Assembly (NCBI GenBank): GCA_026770705.1
Contig: JANJGN010000036.1
Location: 3,162,001 to 3,226,000 of the forward strand
Length of the DNA: 64,000 nt
Direction: 5' to 3'
DNA from: Isurus oxyrinchus
Lineage: Eukaryota
The position numbers and the translations under genes are program-made. Positions 63,690 through 64,000 of this stretch are shown here, piece after piece. How positions within the stretch are numbered: the stretch's first letter is position 1; each line of letters opens with the position of its first letter. Below the pieces are notes generated by a model. That model had not been told where the DNA came from and did not search any database. It saw only the letters and a program-made list of their open reading frames with translations.

Positions 63690-64000
63690 CGGTTTCGAGG
63701 TTATAACTATCAGGAAAGATTGAAAAGTCTCTTTCCTCTAGAAAAGTGGAGGGGGTGACCTGATAGAGGCCTTTAAATTTATGAATATAGTCGGTACAAT
63801 AGAAGATATTCCCACTTGTGGCAGTGAGGCAAGAACTCGGGGCCATCAATATGAGATAGTCGCCAATAAATGCAATGAGGAATGCAGGAGAAATCTCTTT
63901 ACTCAGAGAGTGTGGAGAATGTGGAACGCGCTCCCAAAAGGAGTGGTCGAGGTAAATCGCCGAGATTCACTGCAGGGGGAATCAGGATAAACACGAGTTG
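63690..64000 (+). mobile_element. CR1 3' fragment running off the window
   Basis: RTRGH…RRNLFTQRVWRMWNALP. Confidence 0.7.

Overview
Repeat-rich vertebrate genomic DNA, most likely a shark (inferred from its CR1 LINEs, Penelope-like elements, SINEs and GPR139-like GPCR). The main signal is a small cluster of non-rearranging, antigen-receptor-like immunoglobulin-superfamily genes. Each has a germline-joined V(J) exon followed by a C1 exon. Gene A (minus strand, 33971->24177) could be assembled by hand into 8 phase-compatible GT-AG exons giving an open 338-aa protein: leader, VJ, C1, uncharged TM, and a ~77-aa tail ending in an ITIM-like LYASLEF motif. Gene B (11038->9987, minus) is a leader-VJ-C1 pseudogene within a ~6-7 kb duplicated cassette. 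An orphan TM/cytoplasmic exon pair lies at ~55 kb. Gene C (56264->60306, plus) is a divergent VJ-C1 pseudogene whose TM carries basic residues spaced like TCR alpha/delta and whose tail is short, suggesting an inhibitory/activating paired-receptor system. The window also holds a two-exon GPR139/142-like GPCR pseudogene, a CpG-rich promoter with an unidentified first exon (~4.7-5.2 kb), Penelope-like elements with hammerhead-like motifs, many CR1/SINE fragments, minisatellites and a 138-N assembly gap. All exon calls were read manually; repeat boundaries are approximate.
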